Assembly: GCA_024137785.1 (NCBI GenBank)
Contig: JAHRHZ010000266.1
Coordinates: forward strand, 1-64,000
Origin: Ginglymostoma cirratum
Lineage: Eukaryota
Length of the DNA stretch: 64,000 bases
Reading direction: 5' to 3'
Every line of letters starts with the position of its first letter. The stretch's first letter is position 1. Below the pieces are notes generated by a model. That model worked only from the letters and a program-made list of their open reading frames with translations. It was not told where the DNA came from and ran no database searches. Both the position numbers and the translations under genes were made by a program. Shown here piece after piece: positions 11,658 to 24,524 of this stretch.

Positions 11658-13934
11658 CAGACACATACAAATATTTGCTTTTATCAAGCCTTAAGTGCTT
11701 GATGTGATTTACATGTATTGTGTTCTTTTTCCATGAATGAATGTTTTCATATGGTAAACTCTTTAACAAATACTATGAATTTTATTTTATTTCATCACAG
11801 CTTGGCTCCTGAAGTCTACCTATGATGGAGTTAAATGAGTTGTTCAGGAAGAAGACCATAGATACGGAAGATGAAGTGAGTCATTCATCCCATCAAGTCT
11901 CACAGGCGCAGTGCTGCTGTGACTGAGTTTTGAGGAAAATATGAAATGGTAATCATTTGCAGACAGAAAACTCCAAACAGACATCTGACAGTTACTCTTT
12001 TTACCAGGATATGAATATCATTTCCCTTTGACTGCAGAAGCAAAATGCTGGGTTTTTTTGTCCTGAGGCAAAAGATTTCAGATATTGGTGTGGGACTATG
12101 TATTCCAAGATTTCACAATCCTGATTAAACCATCCTGGAGTACGTGTTCATTCCTGTGGAGGGATGACATGTACTGGGCTGAGTATGAGTACAGAGCAGA
12201 TTTACCTGAATGATAATTTGTCTCCATAGGTTAAATAATTGGAAAAGATTAAACAGAAGAAAGCGATTTATTTTGGCACAGAAAAAAGGCCATTCAGCCC
12301 ATCAATTCCAAGCTACCTGTTGCACAAACCCCTGTGTCTCCTTCACCACTCTATCCCCAAAGTCCCGCAAATTTATTTTCCTCAGTTCCTGATATAATTT
12401 TGTTCGTCAATCATTGATCATCTCCAATTGTACCACCCTAATAGGCAGCATGATCTGCATATTTCCAGTCAACTCAGTCAACAGAACACTTGCCTATCCA
12501 CTATTTTCTCAAAACCTTAAACCTGATCTTAAGTTTTATACCAAACCCTATTGGACACTTTTTTTTTGTCTGCTTTATCTAAGCCTGTTATAATCTTGTA
12601 CAGCTCTATTGAAATTAATCTCAATTCGTTTTCTTCAAGGAAAATAGCCATTTCTCCAAATCAATACTTTATCTACATTTTCTTTGTCTATGAACCATCC
12701 TGGTAAATCTGAGCTTAATGCTCTCAAGGGCCTTCACATCCTTCCTGACCAGAACTTTGGTGACCAGAATTGAACGCAATGATTGATTGTGACATAATCA
12801 GAGCTTTATCAAAGGTCAGCATCTTTTCCATGAGTTTGTTCTCATTAACTCTATTAATGAAGCCCAAGATCCCATAAATTGTGCTAACTGTTATTTGGTT
12901 ATGTCCTCACACATTCGAAAATTTGAGTACATTGACCCCCTGCTGTCTCTGTTCCAGCACACCCTTTACATCTGTGTCATTCAATCATATGTTCCCTCTA
13001 CACATGGCTTCTCTCAAATGCATCAATTCACAGTGTGTTTTAAAGAATACATGTATTCAACTCAAAATGCTCTTACTGCACAATTTCCTTTCTGCTCTGG
13101 CTTCCTGCATTATTTACAGGTAAAATATTCCACAGGCTAACACTCTCTGGGTGTAGAAATCCCCGACAGCATCTGTGGAGTGAAAGCAGAGTTAATGTCT
13201 CTTGTCCAATCCAGTTATGTCTTCTGAAGAAGGGTCATTGGACCCAAAACATTAACCCTGCTTTCTCTGCACTGATGCTGCCAGACCTGCAGTCCAGCAA
13301 TTTGTGTTTTTGTTTCTGATTTCCAGAATCCATAGTTTTTTTTGTGTTTTGTGGTTCAGCTGTGGTAAGTGGTTGTATTTCAGACTGCAAGGAAGTGTGC
13401 TGTCCGCAATTCTCTTTTTGAACTACATGTATGACCTGGACTCAAGTGTGCAGGACATATTTTCAATGCTTGCAGATTACATGAATGTTGTGGTAGACCA
13501 AACTATCTCAAAACATATCAAGGAGATAGCTTAGACCATGACTTATATCTTATTTAAATGCAAGTTCAAGGCATTGCATTCTAAATGTGATTTGATTTGT
13601 CAAACTACTATGCTATAAGCAAAACACACTTTATTCTTACAGCTCAATTGAAATGCAACTTAAAAACTAATTGGCATAATTTTAACTTTATCATAATATT
13701 TAACAAAATAGTATATTGTTTAATAATGGCTCATCAATTGCTCCAATAAGGCAGCATATCATAAACACAGACTTGGCAAAGGCAATGTAGGCAAAACAGA
13801 TTTCCTACACTTGCTGTCTCCTCCAATCCAGACAAAGGAGAATGCAAGGTTTTGCAGCAGCAGAGACAGAGCTGTATCTAGCAGCTTCAACTTGAAGCAA
13901 CAACTTCAACAACGGAAAGCAAAATGAAACAAAT

Positions 13935-15420
13935 TCATTGGACTCTGGGGTGGTTCCCACAGATTGGAAAACAGCCAATGTGATGCCACTGTTTAAAAAA
14001 GGAAGTAGACAAAAAAACAGGTAACTAGGCCCGTTAGCTTAACTTCGGTAGTGGGGAAAACGCTTGAATCTATCATTAAGGAAGAAATAGCAAGACATCT
14101 GGATATAAACTGTCCCATTGGGAACACCCAGCATGGATTCATGAAGGGTAGATCATGTTTAACTAATTTGGTGGAATTCTTTGAAGACATTACTTGCATG
14201 GTGGACAATGGGGAACCTGTGGATGTGGTGTATCTGGATTTCCAGAAGGCATTTGACAAGGTGCCACACCAAAGGCTTCTACATAAGATGAAGTTGCACG
14301 GTATTACAGGTAATGTATTGCCATGGATAGAAGATTGGTTGACTAGTAGAAAGCAAAGTGTAAGGGTAGATAGGTGCTTTTCTGGCTGGCAGTCAGTGGC
14401 TAGTGGTGTGCCTCAGGGATCAGTGTTGGGACTGCAATTGTTTACAATTTACATAGATGATTTGGAGTTGGGGACTAAATTTGTCAAAATTTGCAGATGA
14501 CACTAATGTGAGTGGTAGAGCAAAGTGTGCAGAAGACACTGAAAGTCTGCAGAGGGATATAGATAGTCTAAGTGAGTGGGCAAAGGTCTGGCAGATGGAG
14601 TACAATGTTGATAAGTGTGAGGTCATCCATTTTGGTAGGAATAACAGGAATATGGACTATGTTTTAAATGGTAAAAAATTGCAGCACACTGCTGTGCAGA
14701 GGGACTTGGGTGTCCTTGTGCATGAATTGCTAAAAGTAGGATTGCAGGTGCAGCAGGTAATTAAAAAGGCAAATGGAATTTTGTCTGCCATTGCTAGAGG
14801 GATGGCGTTTAAAAACAGGGAGGCTGTGCTGCAGCTGTATAGAGTCCTGGTGAGGCCACTGCTGGAGTACTGTGTGCAGGTTTGGTCTCCTTACTTGAGA
14901 AGAGATATACTAGCACTGGAGGGAGTGCAGAGGAGATTCACTCGGTTGATTCCAGAGTTGAGAGGGTTGGATTATGAGGAGAGGCTGAGTAGGCTGGGAT
15001 TATACTCATTGGAATTCAGAAGAATGAGGGGAGATCTTATAGAAACATATAAGATTATGAAGGGAATAGATAAGGTGGAGGCAGGGAGGTTGTTTCCGCT
15101 AGCAAGTGAAACTAGGACTAGAGGGCATTGCCTCAAAATAAAGGGAAGCAGATATAGGACTGAGGTCAGGAGGAACTTCTTCACCCAAAAGGTTGTGAAT
15201 CTGTGGAATTCCCTGCCCAGTGAAGCGGTTGAAGCTACCTCGCTGAATGTTTTTAAGGCAAGGCTTGATAAATTTTTGAACAGTAAAAGAATTAAGAGTC
15301 ATGGTGAGTGGGCGGGTAAGTGGAGCTGAGTTTCAAAAAGATCAGCCATGATCTTATTGAATGGCGGGGCAGGCTCGAGGGGCCGGATGGCCTACTCCTG
15401 CTCCTAGTTCTTATGTTCTT
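13935..15420 (+). mobile_element. Young 5'-truncated CR1 LINE (RT domain and 3' tail)
   Basis: ORFs 14051-14500 and 14457-15329 with QHGFMKGRSCLTNL, YLDFQKAFDKV, GVPQGSVLG, FADD; ttcttatg tail; near-identical to the 3' part of the 36690-40417 element. Confidence 0.95.
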
Positions 15421-15899
15421 CTCTTCTAATTTACGAAAATCCTGAATCTGTGTGAGCCTGACTCCACCCACTCATGCTTCTTTTGTCTAATTCAAAAAAC
15501 AAGACAAAACTATTCTGCTTTCCATGGAGCAGATATCTCAGCACCAGGTTTACAACAGCCCTCTTCAAGACAAACAGGACAAATAAAATCCCCTTTAATG
15601 GCACATATGATCATGGCAGTGAAGCGTAAATTAGTACCAACGGGCTCTGGAACATATAGGCTGGTGAAATGGCCATACAAATCAAAATTAACACTGGCAA
15701 GAGTGAAGTGACACATATTGATAGGAAAAGGTTAGGCCGTAAATCAGCCCAGAACTCACTGGATGTTAGAACAGGCCCGAAGGGCTGAATGGGTCACCCT
15801 GGTCCGATGGTCCTAAGAATGAACAAAGGTGAAATAACCAAAATGATACAATTTTACAATGGTTACAGGAAAAGAAAGATGATGGGAATGCACATTGAC

Positions 15900-17490
15900 A
15901 AGTCTTTGAAGCTTGGAGGGTTAGTTGAAATGGATTTTAAAAAGGCAAAATGAATGTTTGGCTTTATTGACTAGGGCATTGAGTAGAAAAGCAAGGATAA
16001 AAATTTCTCAAAACAACAATTTGAGCCAAGCTGGAGAAACATGACCAATCTGTGTGCTATACTTAGGTAAGTTGTCTCTGTCTAAAAATGAATAACTTTA
16101 AGAAAAGAGATGTTTGCTCTTTGGAGGAGCTGATGTTGTTTTTCTGAGAGTAGCACAGGTTCAGATGAGATTCAGCTGGTCAGTTAGTAAATAGTAAATA
16201 AACGTGATTGACAAAACAGCCAGAGGTCACATGGCAGAGTCGATGACCACACTCTGAGGAAAGAACATAGGGAGTGTGACTAATTTCAATCACTTTTTGA
16301 AGGGGCAGCACAAGGACAATGGACTGAATAGCCTCCTCCTATCATGTATGATGCTACCAAATAGGAAGCAGATATTGTCTATTTTGCTGCCACACAGGAG
16401 AGACATTCCACAAGATACAAGAGAGTTAACTGTCATCTGTATCCATCAGAGAATTGAACAGGTTATTGATGAGCTCTGAGCCTCAGAATCATTTGTATTT
16501 AACAACTTGAAGCATTATAAAATGTCCTGAAGGATGACCTATGTTTCATAAATTAATGAAGTTCAACAATGACCTTCCGAATGTTGGAGCAGGCTTGAGG
16601 CTTTACCTCCACTCCTATTACTTATGTTCTTATGTTTCATTCTGGCTAGAAACATATAGGCTGATAGAAACATTCAGGAGAGATGAGATTGGAGCAGGTG
16701 GGATATTGGATGCTACAGCAGAGTCGAAGGGAAACGAGGGTAGATAGAGAGAGGTGAGGCAGGACCGAATATTCGAAGGCTGCAGGGACCTAACAGACAG
16801 TGTGAACAGATTAAGTAGTTTGTTTTTTAAATTCCTTCAAGGTCTGTGGGTCTCACTGGCAAGGCCAGCATTTGTTGCCCATCCCTTATTTCCCTTGACT
16901 TGGGAGGTTTGCTTAGCCACTTCAGAGGGCACAGACACATCAGCGACAGATGCATTGCTTTCAAACAGTCCTAAAAGGACACACTGAAGTTTGAAACGGG
17001 GATCTAAAATTACCTGTGGGGCATATGGGAGAAAGATGTTAGATTTGCTTCCCTGGAGGACATTAGTGAACCAGCTTTTATCAAAAATAACAATTGATGA
17101 TAATCCACGTGGTCACCATCATGAAGACAAGACTTCAATTTCAGATTTGTTCATTAAATGCAAATTCCATCGGTTGTGATGGTATGAAATGAACCCCTCT
17201 CTCCAGAGCATGAATGCTACCTCAGATTCCCCTTTACTAGCCCAGCTACTGGAGTCATTTGGGATGCATGGCTGTACTCTTTTTCTTGACCCAAAACAGA
17301 AGTAGCACACAGACTAACTGCGAATAGCTCAAGACAGCAAGGATCAGTGTTTGCCAGTCATTCAGCCAGACGATTCAGGAACCAGAAATGGTTATTGTCC
17401 AAGAATCTATCCAAAGTCAATGAATGAGGAGAGCATTTTCATCTCCACTGCTCGGATCAGAATCTGATGAGCCCAATCAGATCCCTTTAT
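15900..17490. repeat. Second copy of the 1.6-kb duplication (paralog 5420-7095)
   Basis: See copy 1; lacks the Penelope-derived insert present at about 5690-5780 in copy 1. Confidence 0.9.
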
Positions 17491-17543
17491 GGAATGTTAT
17501 GACACAGGGATAGCAAGCCAAACCAAAATCCACCTCACTATCA

Positions 17544-17706
17544 GAGATAGTAGGAACTGCAGATGCTGGAGAATCTGAGCTAACAAGGTGCAGAGCTGGA
17601 AATTCAGAAAATTTCTGAAGAAGGGTCTAGGCCTGAAACGTCAGCTATCCTGCTCTTCTGATGCTGCTTGGCCTGCTGTGTTCATCCAGCTCTGCACCTT
17701 GTTATC
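17544..17706. mobile_element. Short fold-back Penelope-like insertion with 15-bp TSD and hammerhead motif
   Basis: TSD tccacctcactatca at 17529-17543 and 17707-17721; CTGAAGAAGGGTCTAGGCCTGAAACGTC on + at about 17615-17642. Confidence 0.8.
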
Positions 17707-19422
17707 TCCACCTCACTATCACTGGATTCACAACACAGTAAAAAGAAAACATTCAACAATCCTCAAAATTGCTGAATTGTTTCTCATAAGACATGACAAA
17801 TAACAAATCTTGGACGCAAAGTTTAGAATTTTAACAAAAATTAACAGTTCATTATGAAGAACAGAACTTAGCAGAGCACAGATAAACTGTAAGGCAATCC
17901 AATTTATATCTTAATGAAGCCCAGTCTTCTTGATCAGAAACATCCAATCAGGCATCTCTCTCACAAATGCGTGTGGATACATGCGCGCGACACGCACACA
18001 CACACACAGAGTTAAGGCATAATTGGAAAAAGAAAATAAAAACTGTAATTTTCCAGCTTGATAACCATTTTAACTATAAATGCCAGGCTTTCAAGAAATC
18101 CTTAGATGAGGAGTTGTATTGTAGGCCAATAGGACAGTACATCTCCTTGAATTCTAAAGTGACTGTACGCCCAGATGATGAGGAAAGTCCACCTCAGTGT
18201 TGATGGTACTTATCAAGGATCACAGGTCAAAGGAAGCATTTCAAAGATTCTCAAAAGACTTTCCTCAATGATACAACGTTGATGTAAATGCATGGGAGAC
18301 TCATTCGAACGAAACTGATTTGGAGGAAACTCCTGTCCAAAGAGGCACAGTTCTTTAAGAGTGTCCATCAGCAGAGGAAGTATGGAAACAGAACCAGAGA
18401 AAGAAATGCCAATGATCTCAAGGTCACAGCCCAGTTCCACCTCTGGGAAACACCCATCAAATGTGTGGCTAGAGAGGTGGCTCTAGGATTAGGCTCATTA
18501 GCCACACAAGACCCACAGAACCCATGACTAGTCACGTAGAATTTCATTGGTGGATGATCACACTCATTAACCAGTCATTGCTGATGATGATGACAATGAA
18601 TTAACCTGCATTTTCTTTCCGGGCTGATTCCAACAGCAAATGTTTCCCTTCTGTTCTCTCATCTTTTGTAAAATGAGCTGTTGTTTAAAGTTCAATTCTC
18701 AACTTTAAATCAGTTTCAAACCAAAAGTGAGGAAAACAAAAGAAAAGTGGTGGTGCTCTCAATGGGAAACCTACTGCTTTTCACTCAGTTACATTGAATG
18801 GGAAGAAAGTTAGTCCATCAAGGGGATCAGCACATGCAGTGAAGGTGGCTGTCTGCCACTGCATGTCTGCCCAGGATGATGTGTTGACATTTCATACTCT
18901 TGATGTTACAGTATCTGAAATGGACATTGATCAATCAATCAATTAGAGTATAGCCAGCACCTGGAGCAGAGGGCTGCTGGGCCTGATTAGTCTCAGGAGT
19001 GCTGGACGAATGTGGATCATTCCTGAAAAACATACAAGGAACATAAATATTCAAATGAAGCCAATGACATAATCCCAGGTCACAATAAAAAGAGTCTTAT
19101 CTTCTTTCTTATTCCCTCACAGGTCATAGGTCTGGCTGACTGGTGCCACTTACCCTTCAGAAGCTGGTGGTGAACTGTCACTGGACCAAAATCCTAGAAT
19201 TCCCTCCTTAAGGGCATTGTGGCTCACCCTACAGCACGTGGGTCGCAACAGCTCATGAAGGCAACTCATCATCACCTTCTCAAGGGCAACTAAGGATAGG
19301 TGATAAATGATGGCCCAACCAGAGATGTCCATGTCACGCAAATGAATGAAAGGAGATGTTCAGATTTAGTCACAAATTACCCACGTCAGCCTTGAATAAG
19401 TCGTCACCAGAAACAATCTTAC

Positions 19423-19504
19423 CTTGGCACCAGAAAGTGGCTGGCACCCACAGAACCCAAGATGTAGTCAGCAGCTGTAACACAGGGAGGGCTGCAGAAA
19501 CTAT
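19423..19504 (-). pseudogene. Leader-like exon (I/M)VSAALPVLQLLTTSWVLWVPATFWCQ + phase-1 donor; first codon reads ATA rather than ATG
   Basis: 27 codons plus 1 nt ending in CAAG|GTAAGA; signal-peptide-like composition; promoter-type motif cluster about 100-200 nt upstream. Confidence 0.45.
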
Positions 19505-19589
19505 CAGTAATCACAGTGACTGATGATTCCAGGAAGCTCCGGGTCAGCTTTGAGCAACTAGTTACAGGGCAGGGATGGAGGGTTTTGAA

Positions 19590-19710
19590 GATGACAGGAA
19601 AATTCCGGCAGGGGCTTCTCATTTGCTTTAAATTTGGAGGACGTGACACGGCTTGGAAAGCTTCGAAAGTGGAGAATGATCAGGAAATCACATCCTCACC
19701 CAATAGAAAT
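19590..19710 (-). promoter_or_regulatory. Immune-gene-like promoter motif cluster
   Basis: kB-like GGAAAATTCC 19597-19606 and GGGGCTTCTC 19611-19620, octamer-like ATTTGCTT 19621-19628, GAAAG..GAAAGT 19656-19670, ETS core CAGGAAAT 19681-19688, CCAAT 19700-19704. Confidence 0.4.
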
Positions 19711-20074
19711 TCAGCTGCTTGCAGAGCAAGGGAGAAAATAGGATTCATAAAAATTTCCATTTTATACTCAGTACTTTTGCAAGTGATAACATTTCAATTT
19801 TACCTCCAATAATGCATGGTAATAAAAATGAGCATCATTTCTGTTTTACATGAGGGTGAATTACAGGTTAATTTGCATACAGACAGAAATTGACAAGTTC
19901 TGCTCAGAAACAATTAACCTGTCATTTACCTGTCAGTTTATTGAGATCACTTTCCCATTCTGAGTGTTCAAGCACCTTCTTAAAAGCACAAACCACAAGA
20001 GCAACTCATTGGCAGGGGGCTGCATTCAGCTTTTGAGCAAGAGATATTCGATTAATCTCTGAACCAGAAGAACA

Positions 20075-21120
20075 GTTGGACAGACAAAGAGTGGGCAACA
20101 ACCTGGCTTGGAGGGTGAATAGCTGTTAATGGAGACTGTTAGTGGCTAACACTAGGTAGTATACAATAGCAGACTATGTGATAACAAGGCCTGGTGTGTG
20201 GGGTGGGGGGCTAGGACATGGGAGAGTTCAGGCCCTAAAATTATTGAAGACGACATTGTGCTGCAGGGTTCCCAAGCAGAAAATGAGGTGTTATTCTTCC
20301 AGTTTGCACAGAGTTTTACTGGAACACTGCAGCAGGCCTGAGGCAGAGATGTTGGCCAGGGAACAGGGTGGTGTGATTAAGTGGCAGGCAACTGGAAACA
20401 TACCTACCAAGTGAAGCAGCACTTTACCTGCAGTTCCCACAATTTAGTCTACTGCATTAGCGGCTTACAACGTAGTCTCATCCACTTTGGTGAAACGAAG
20501 CATAGGCTGGGTGACTGCTTCATAGAACATCTATGCCTGCCTGCAGAAAAGACTCTGAGCTTCCAGTTGCCAGCCACTTTAACACCTTGTTCCCTGTTAC
20601 AACATCTCTGTCTCAGGCTTGCTGCAGAGTTCCAGTGAAGCTCAGTGCAACTGGAAGAACAACACCTTATTTTCCGCTTGGGAGCTCTGCGGATCTTTGG
20701 ATTCATATCAAGTTTGATAAGTTTAGGGCCTGAACTATCCCATGTCCTTACTCCCACCTCAGACAACAGGCCTTGTTATTATTCAGTCTGCCATTACACA
20801 CTACCTATTGATAGCCATTAACAGTCTCCATTAACAGTTATTCACTCTCCTAGCCAGATTGATACCCATCCTTTGTTTGTCCACTGTTCTTCTCTCTCTT
20901 TGGGCTGTATGCCCACCTATCATTTACCCCTTAGCCCCCACCCCACACTATCTTCTGCATAAAAACCAGCATTTTCCTAGCTATGATCAGTTCTGAGGAA
21001 GGGTCATTAGACCCAAAACATTAACTGATTTCTCTTCACAGATGCTGCCAAACTGGATGAGTCTTTCCAGTAACATGTTTTTGTTTCTGATTTACAGCAT
21101 CTGCAGTTCTTTTAGTTTTT
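20075..21120 (+). mobile_element. Penelope-like element 3' fragment (GIY-YIG endonuclease remnant plus terminal repeat) with inverted 5' arm
   Basis: QVKQHFTCSSHNLVYCI...HFGETKHRLGDCFIEHL (ORF 20381-20638) matches PLE GIY-YIG EN; 20075-20400 is an inverted copy of about 20555-20885; decayed hammerhead ctgaggaagggtc..gacccaaaac near 20993. Confidence 0.8.
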
Positions 21121-21924
21121 AACAATGTAGGAAGTTGCATACGGTCAGTGAGCAGAGAAAAGGTAAGAGAGAAAGATACTCAGATTGTTATAATCCCATC
21201 CAATATTATTACTGGACAAGTCAGATCCCAGGCACCAAACCTGGCTTGCTCCATCATTTTTACATATTTTTGGCTGATAATGAAATGGTCTCTCTGTGAA
21301 AAATAAGCACACAATGTTGCACATATTGCTTTAACAATAAAACAGAAGTTTATGCAGACAAAAGGTTAAAATAGCTTAAACCAAACCATCTACATCTGAC
21401 ACAAATTTTCTAAACATACACTAAAAGTACGATCACATTCATGCCAAAACACTCTTTTTTTAAATTAAAAGCAATAAAAAGCTTATTCATCATACCCAAA
21501 AGTTTTCATTGTGTACAGTACCCCAAAAACACACATTGTATAGCACCCAAAAACACTACTCATGCTATACTCACACCAGAATCACTTTTTACCGCTCTGT
21601 AGATTTAAGCCACTTGCAATTTTAACTTATAGATTGAAGATGCACATCGGTTCTTCCTGGAACTGCAATATTGTGGAGCTTAAATGCTCTGAATTTGAAG
21701 TAAACTCTTCAGGGTTTTGTCCCAACACTTCTGGAGTGCAATTAACACTAACTCTTCACTTCAAGGTAAAGTAATTCATTTTATCCTCCCCTTCTCAGGA
21801 GCTCAGGTGTATTCTGCCAAATTCACCCAAGGATTTCATAGGACTGTTCAAACCAAGATTAAAACAAAGAAGTAAAAACTCTTCCTCCAAACTATGTGTG
21901 TATCCCTTCAGCTTTTAGAAACAC

Positions 21925-22212
21925 AATCATAGAATCCCTACAGCGTGGAAACAGGCCCTTTGGCCCAACAAGTGCACACCAATGCTTGCAGTATCCCACC
22001 AAGACCCATATAACCCACCTAATCTACACATCCCTGCACACTATGGGCAATTTAGCATGGCCAATCCACCTACCCTACACATCTTTGGACTATGGGAGGA
22101 AATCCATGCAGACATGGGGAGAATGTGCAAACTCCAAACAGACCTGGAATCGAACCCAGGTCCCTGGTGCTGTAAGGCCGCAGTGCTATCCACTGAGCCA
22201 CCATGCCACCCA
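21925..22212 (-). mobile_element. V-SINE (HE1-like)
   Basis: tRNA-like head (gtggctcagtggatagcactg..gggttcgattcc), V-domain tctgtttggagtttgcacattctcccc, tail gggcctgtttccacgctgtagggattctatga. Confidence 0.85.
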
Positions 22213-22479
22213 GTTCTAGAAATTTCTAACAAACCTTGAGGGCCCATTATTTATCTTGCTGGGCCACAAAACAATCTAATATAAACAAAAATCTATTAAT
22301 TCTAAAGCTAGGCCTCAAATACTGCGTCATTGGATAAAATCACCATGGCCCCAGCAATACTAACGAAGCCAGTTATTAACCTTAGATACACAGAAAATAC
22401 ACATGTTACTAACTTGAAAAATAAAAACTCAAACTTAGAATGAATAACATTAAATATACCAAGCTGAGTAGGATGGAGA

Positions 22480-23910
22480 ACTGTGAAGAATATAGAGAGA
22501 TACTTCAATGCAACTTGGACAATTCAGTGAGTATGAAAATTCATTGTAGTTGAAGTATAATGTGGCTAAGTATGAGATTACCCACTTTAGTCGCAAAAAC
22601 AGGAACAAGGCAAAAATGCAATGCAAAACAATTCCTCCACAGTGACTCAAGCAGAAGATATATTCAACCAACTTGAAGGCAACTCCTGTATGAAGGGATA
22701 CAATTCTTTTAAAATACTCATAGAAAAGAAGACGTATGGAAAAGGAACTAGAGAAAGGAATACTGATCACCCCATGGCCAAGAACCAATTCCAAAACTGT
22801 GGTTGGAGAAGCGGCGCCAGGATTATGCTCATCAGCCACACAATGACCGAAAGAACCCGCAAGCAGTGATATGGAATTTCCCAGGTGCGAAAACCTAGTC
22901 TAGATGAGGAGTACATCGAATATTTTTGGGATAGTTTCTTCAAACAGCATATTCTGCGGTCAAAAGCAGAACAGACCGTTCAAGAGCTGGTGTTTGACAA
23001 TAAGATAGGTTTAATTAATTATCTCACAGTAAACATGCCCCTAGGTAGCAGCGATAATAATATAATTGAATTTTACAGTTTTAGGGAGGAAACAGTTGAT
23101 ACAAGGCGAGTGTATTAAACTAAAATAAGGATAATTATGAGAATATGAAAGCAGAACGAGGTAAAGTTAACTGATAAATTAGGTGAAGGGAATGATTAAT
23201 GGATACAGTGGCAGATATTTAAGGGGATAAACATTCCAATGAGAAAGAGAGATTGCAAGGGGCAGCATTTGTAATGAACTGCAAAAAAGAATGGTAGTTT
23301 TGAAATGAAAGATAAAGTAAACAATTACACAAAGAAAAGGAACAGGTCTGAAGAATGAACAGAATATAAAAATACACAGGAAACAATGATTCAAAAATTA
23401 ACGAGAGGAGAATGTTAGTGTAAGAGAGAAAGTCACGCAAAAATTTATGTTTCTATAAAGACACTGCAAACAAAAAGAATTGAGTGAGTCTGCGGAATTA
23501 ATCATGGAAACGGCAGATGAATTTTTGAAAATTTTGCATTAGCAGGAAAATAACAATCACCAGAGAAGTGATACTGAGTAAATCATTGAATCTGTGAGCT
23601 GAAAGCTTCCTGGAAACCTGATGGACTGTATCTCACAGGCTATAAAGTGTACCTGCTGCGAAAGTTGATCTTAGGTTCAGGGGATATTCCATTCCATCAA
23701 AAAATAGCTTACGTAACTCCTTTGTTCAAAAAGATAAGGAGGCAGAAAGCAAGAAATGACCAGATAGGTCGCTTATCTGTCAGAGTGAAAAGTTAGATGC
23801 TATTATTTAAGACATTGTCGTAGGTCACTTTGTCGAAATTAAAAGTGTTGCAGATAAAGGAGATCATATGGATACAGTGAGTTATATTTCCAGAAGGCAT
23901 TTGATAATGG
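22480..23910 (+). mobile_element. Very degenerate CR1 fragments
   Basis: PLGSSDNNIIEF-type endonuclease motif (ORF 22885-23118); gtaactcctttgttcaaaaa = VTPLFK. Confidence 0.6.
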
Positions 23911-23939
23911 AGAAAATAAGTGCCGTTCGGCCCTTTAAG

Positions 23940-24520
23940 CATGTTTCACCATTTTCTCCTGCCCCAACAGCCTGGGACACACCTTTTCTCTCTTGTACTG
24001 CTTCAGAAGTCAGATCAGTCTTCCTGGGAGCCAATCCAAGGAAAGAGACAGGCACAGTTAGTGTCCCCAGCAAAGCACTCAGATCCTGTGTGGGCAAACT
24101 GGTGGAGGTATTTCCCAGCATCTTCAAACTCCCCCTCCTACTAGCCAAAGTCTCCATCTGCTTCAAGAAGACCGCCATCATCCCCGTACCCAAGAAAACA
24201 CATGCAGTCTGCCTTAATGACTTCCGCCCAATAGCTCTGACTTCAATAATCACGAAATGCTTTGAGCCGCCAGTCATTGCGCACATCAAGAGATAACAAG
24301 GTGTGGAGCTGGATGAACACAGCTGCTCTGCTCTGGTATGACAACTGCTCTTCCCAGGACCATTAAGAAACTACAGAAGATGGTGTCCACAGCCCAGACA
24401 ATCACATTAGCCAACCTTCCATCCATGGCATCTATTTACATGGCTATCTGCCGCAGAAAGTGGGCCAACATCAAAGACCCATCGCACCCTGGTAATGACC
24501 TCCTACAACTTCATCCAACT
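23940..24520 (+). mobile_element. Rex1/Babar-like non-LTR retrotransposon RT fragment, interrupted by a short PLE piece at about 24289-24322
   Basis: NPRKETG..VPSKALRSC...CFKKTAIIPVPKK..AVCLNDFRPIALTSIITKCFE. Confidence 0.75.
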
Positions 24521-24524
24521 CAGG

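Noticed and set aside
11103-11769. Long ORFs 11103-11612, 11137-11769 and 11181-11594
   Set aside because: Artefacts of the 400-N assembly gap flanked by Penelope repeat arms.
11801-11875. Plus-strand exon-like segment with good acceptor and GTGAGT donor
   Set aside because: Stops in all three through-frames, and its 3' part resembles a decayed reverse CR1/SINE tail.
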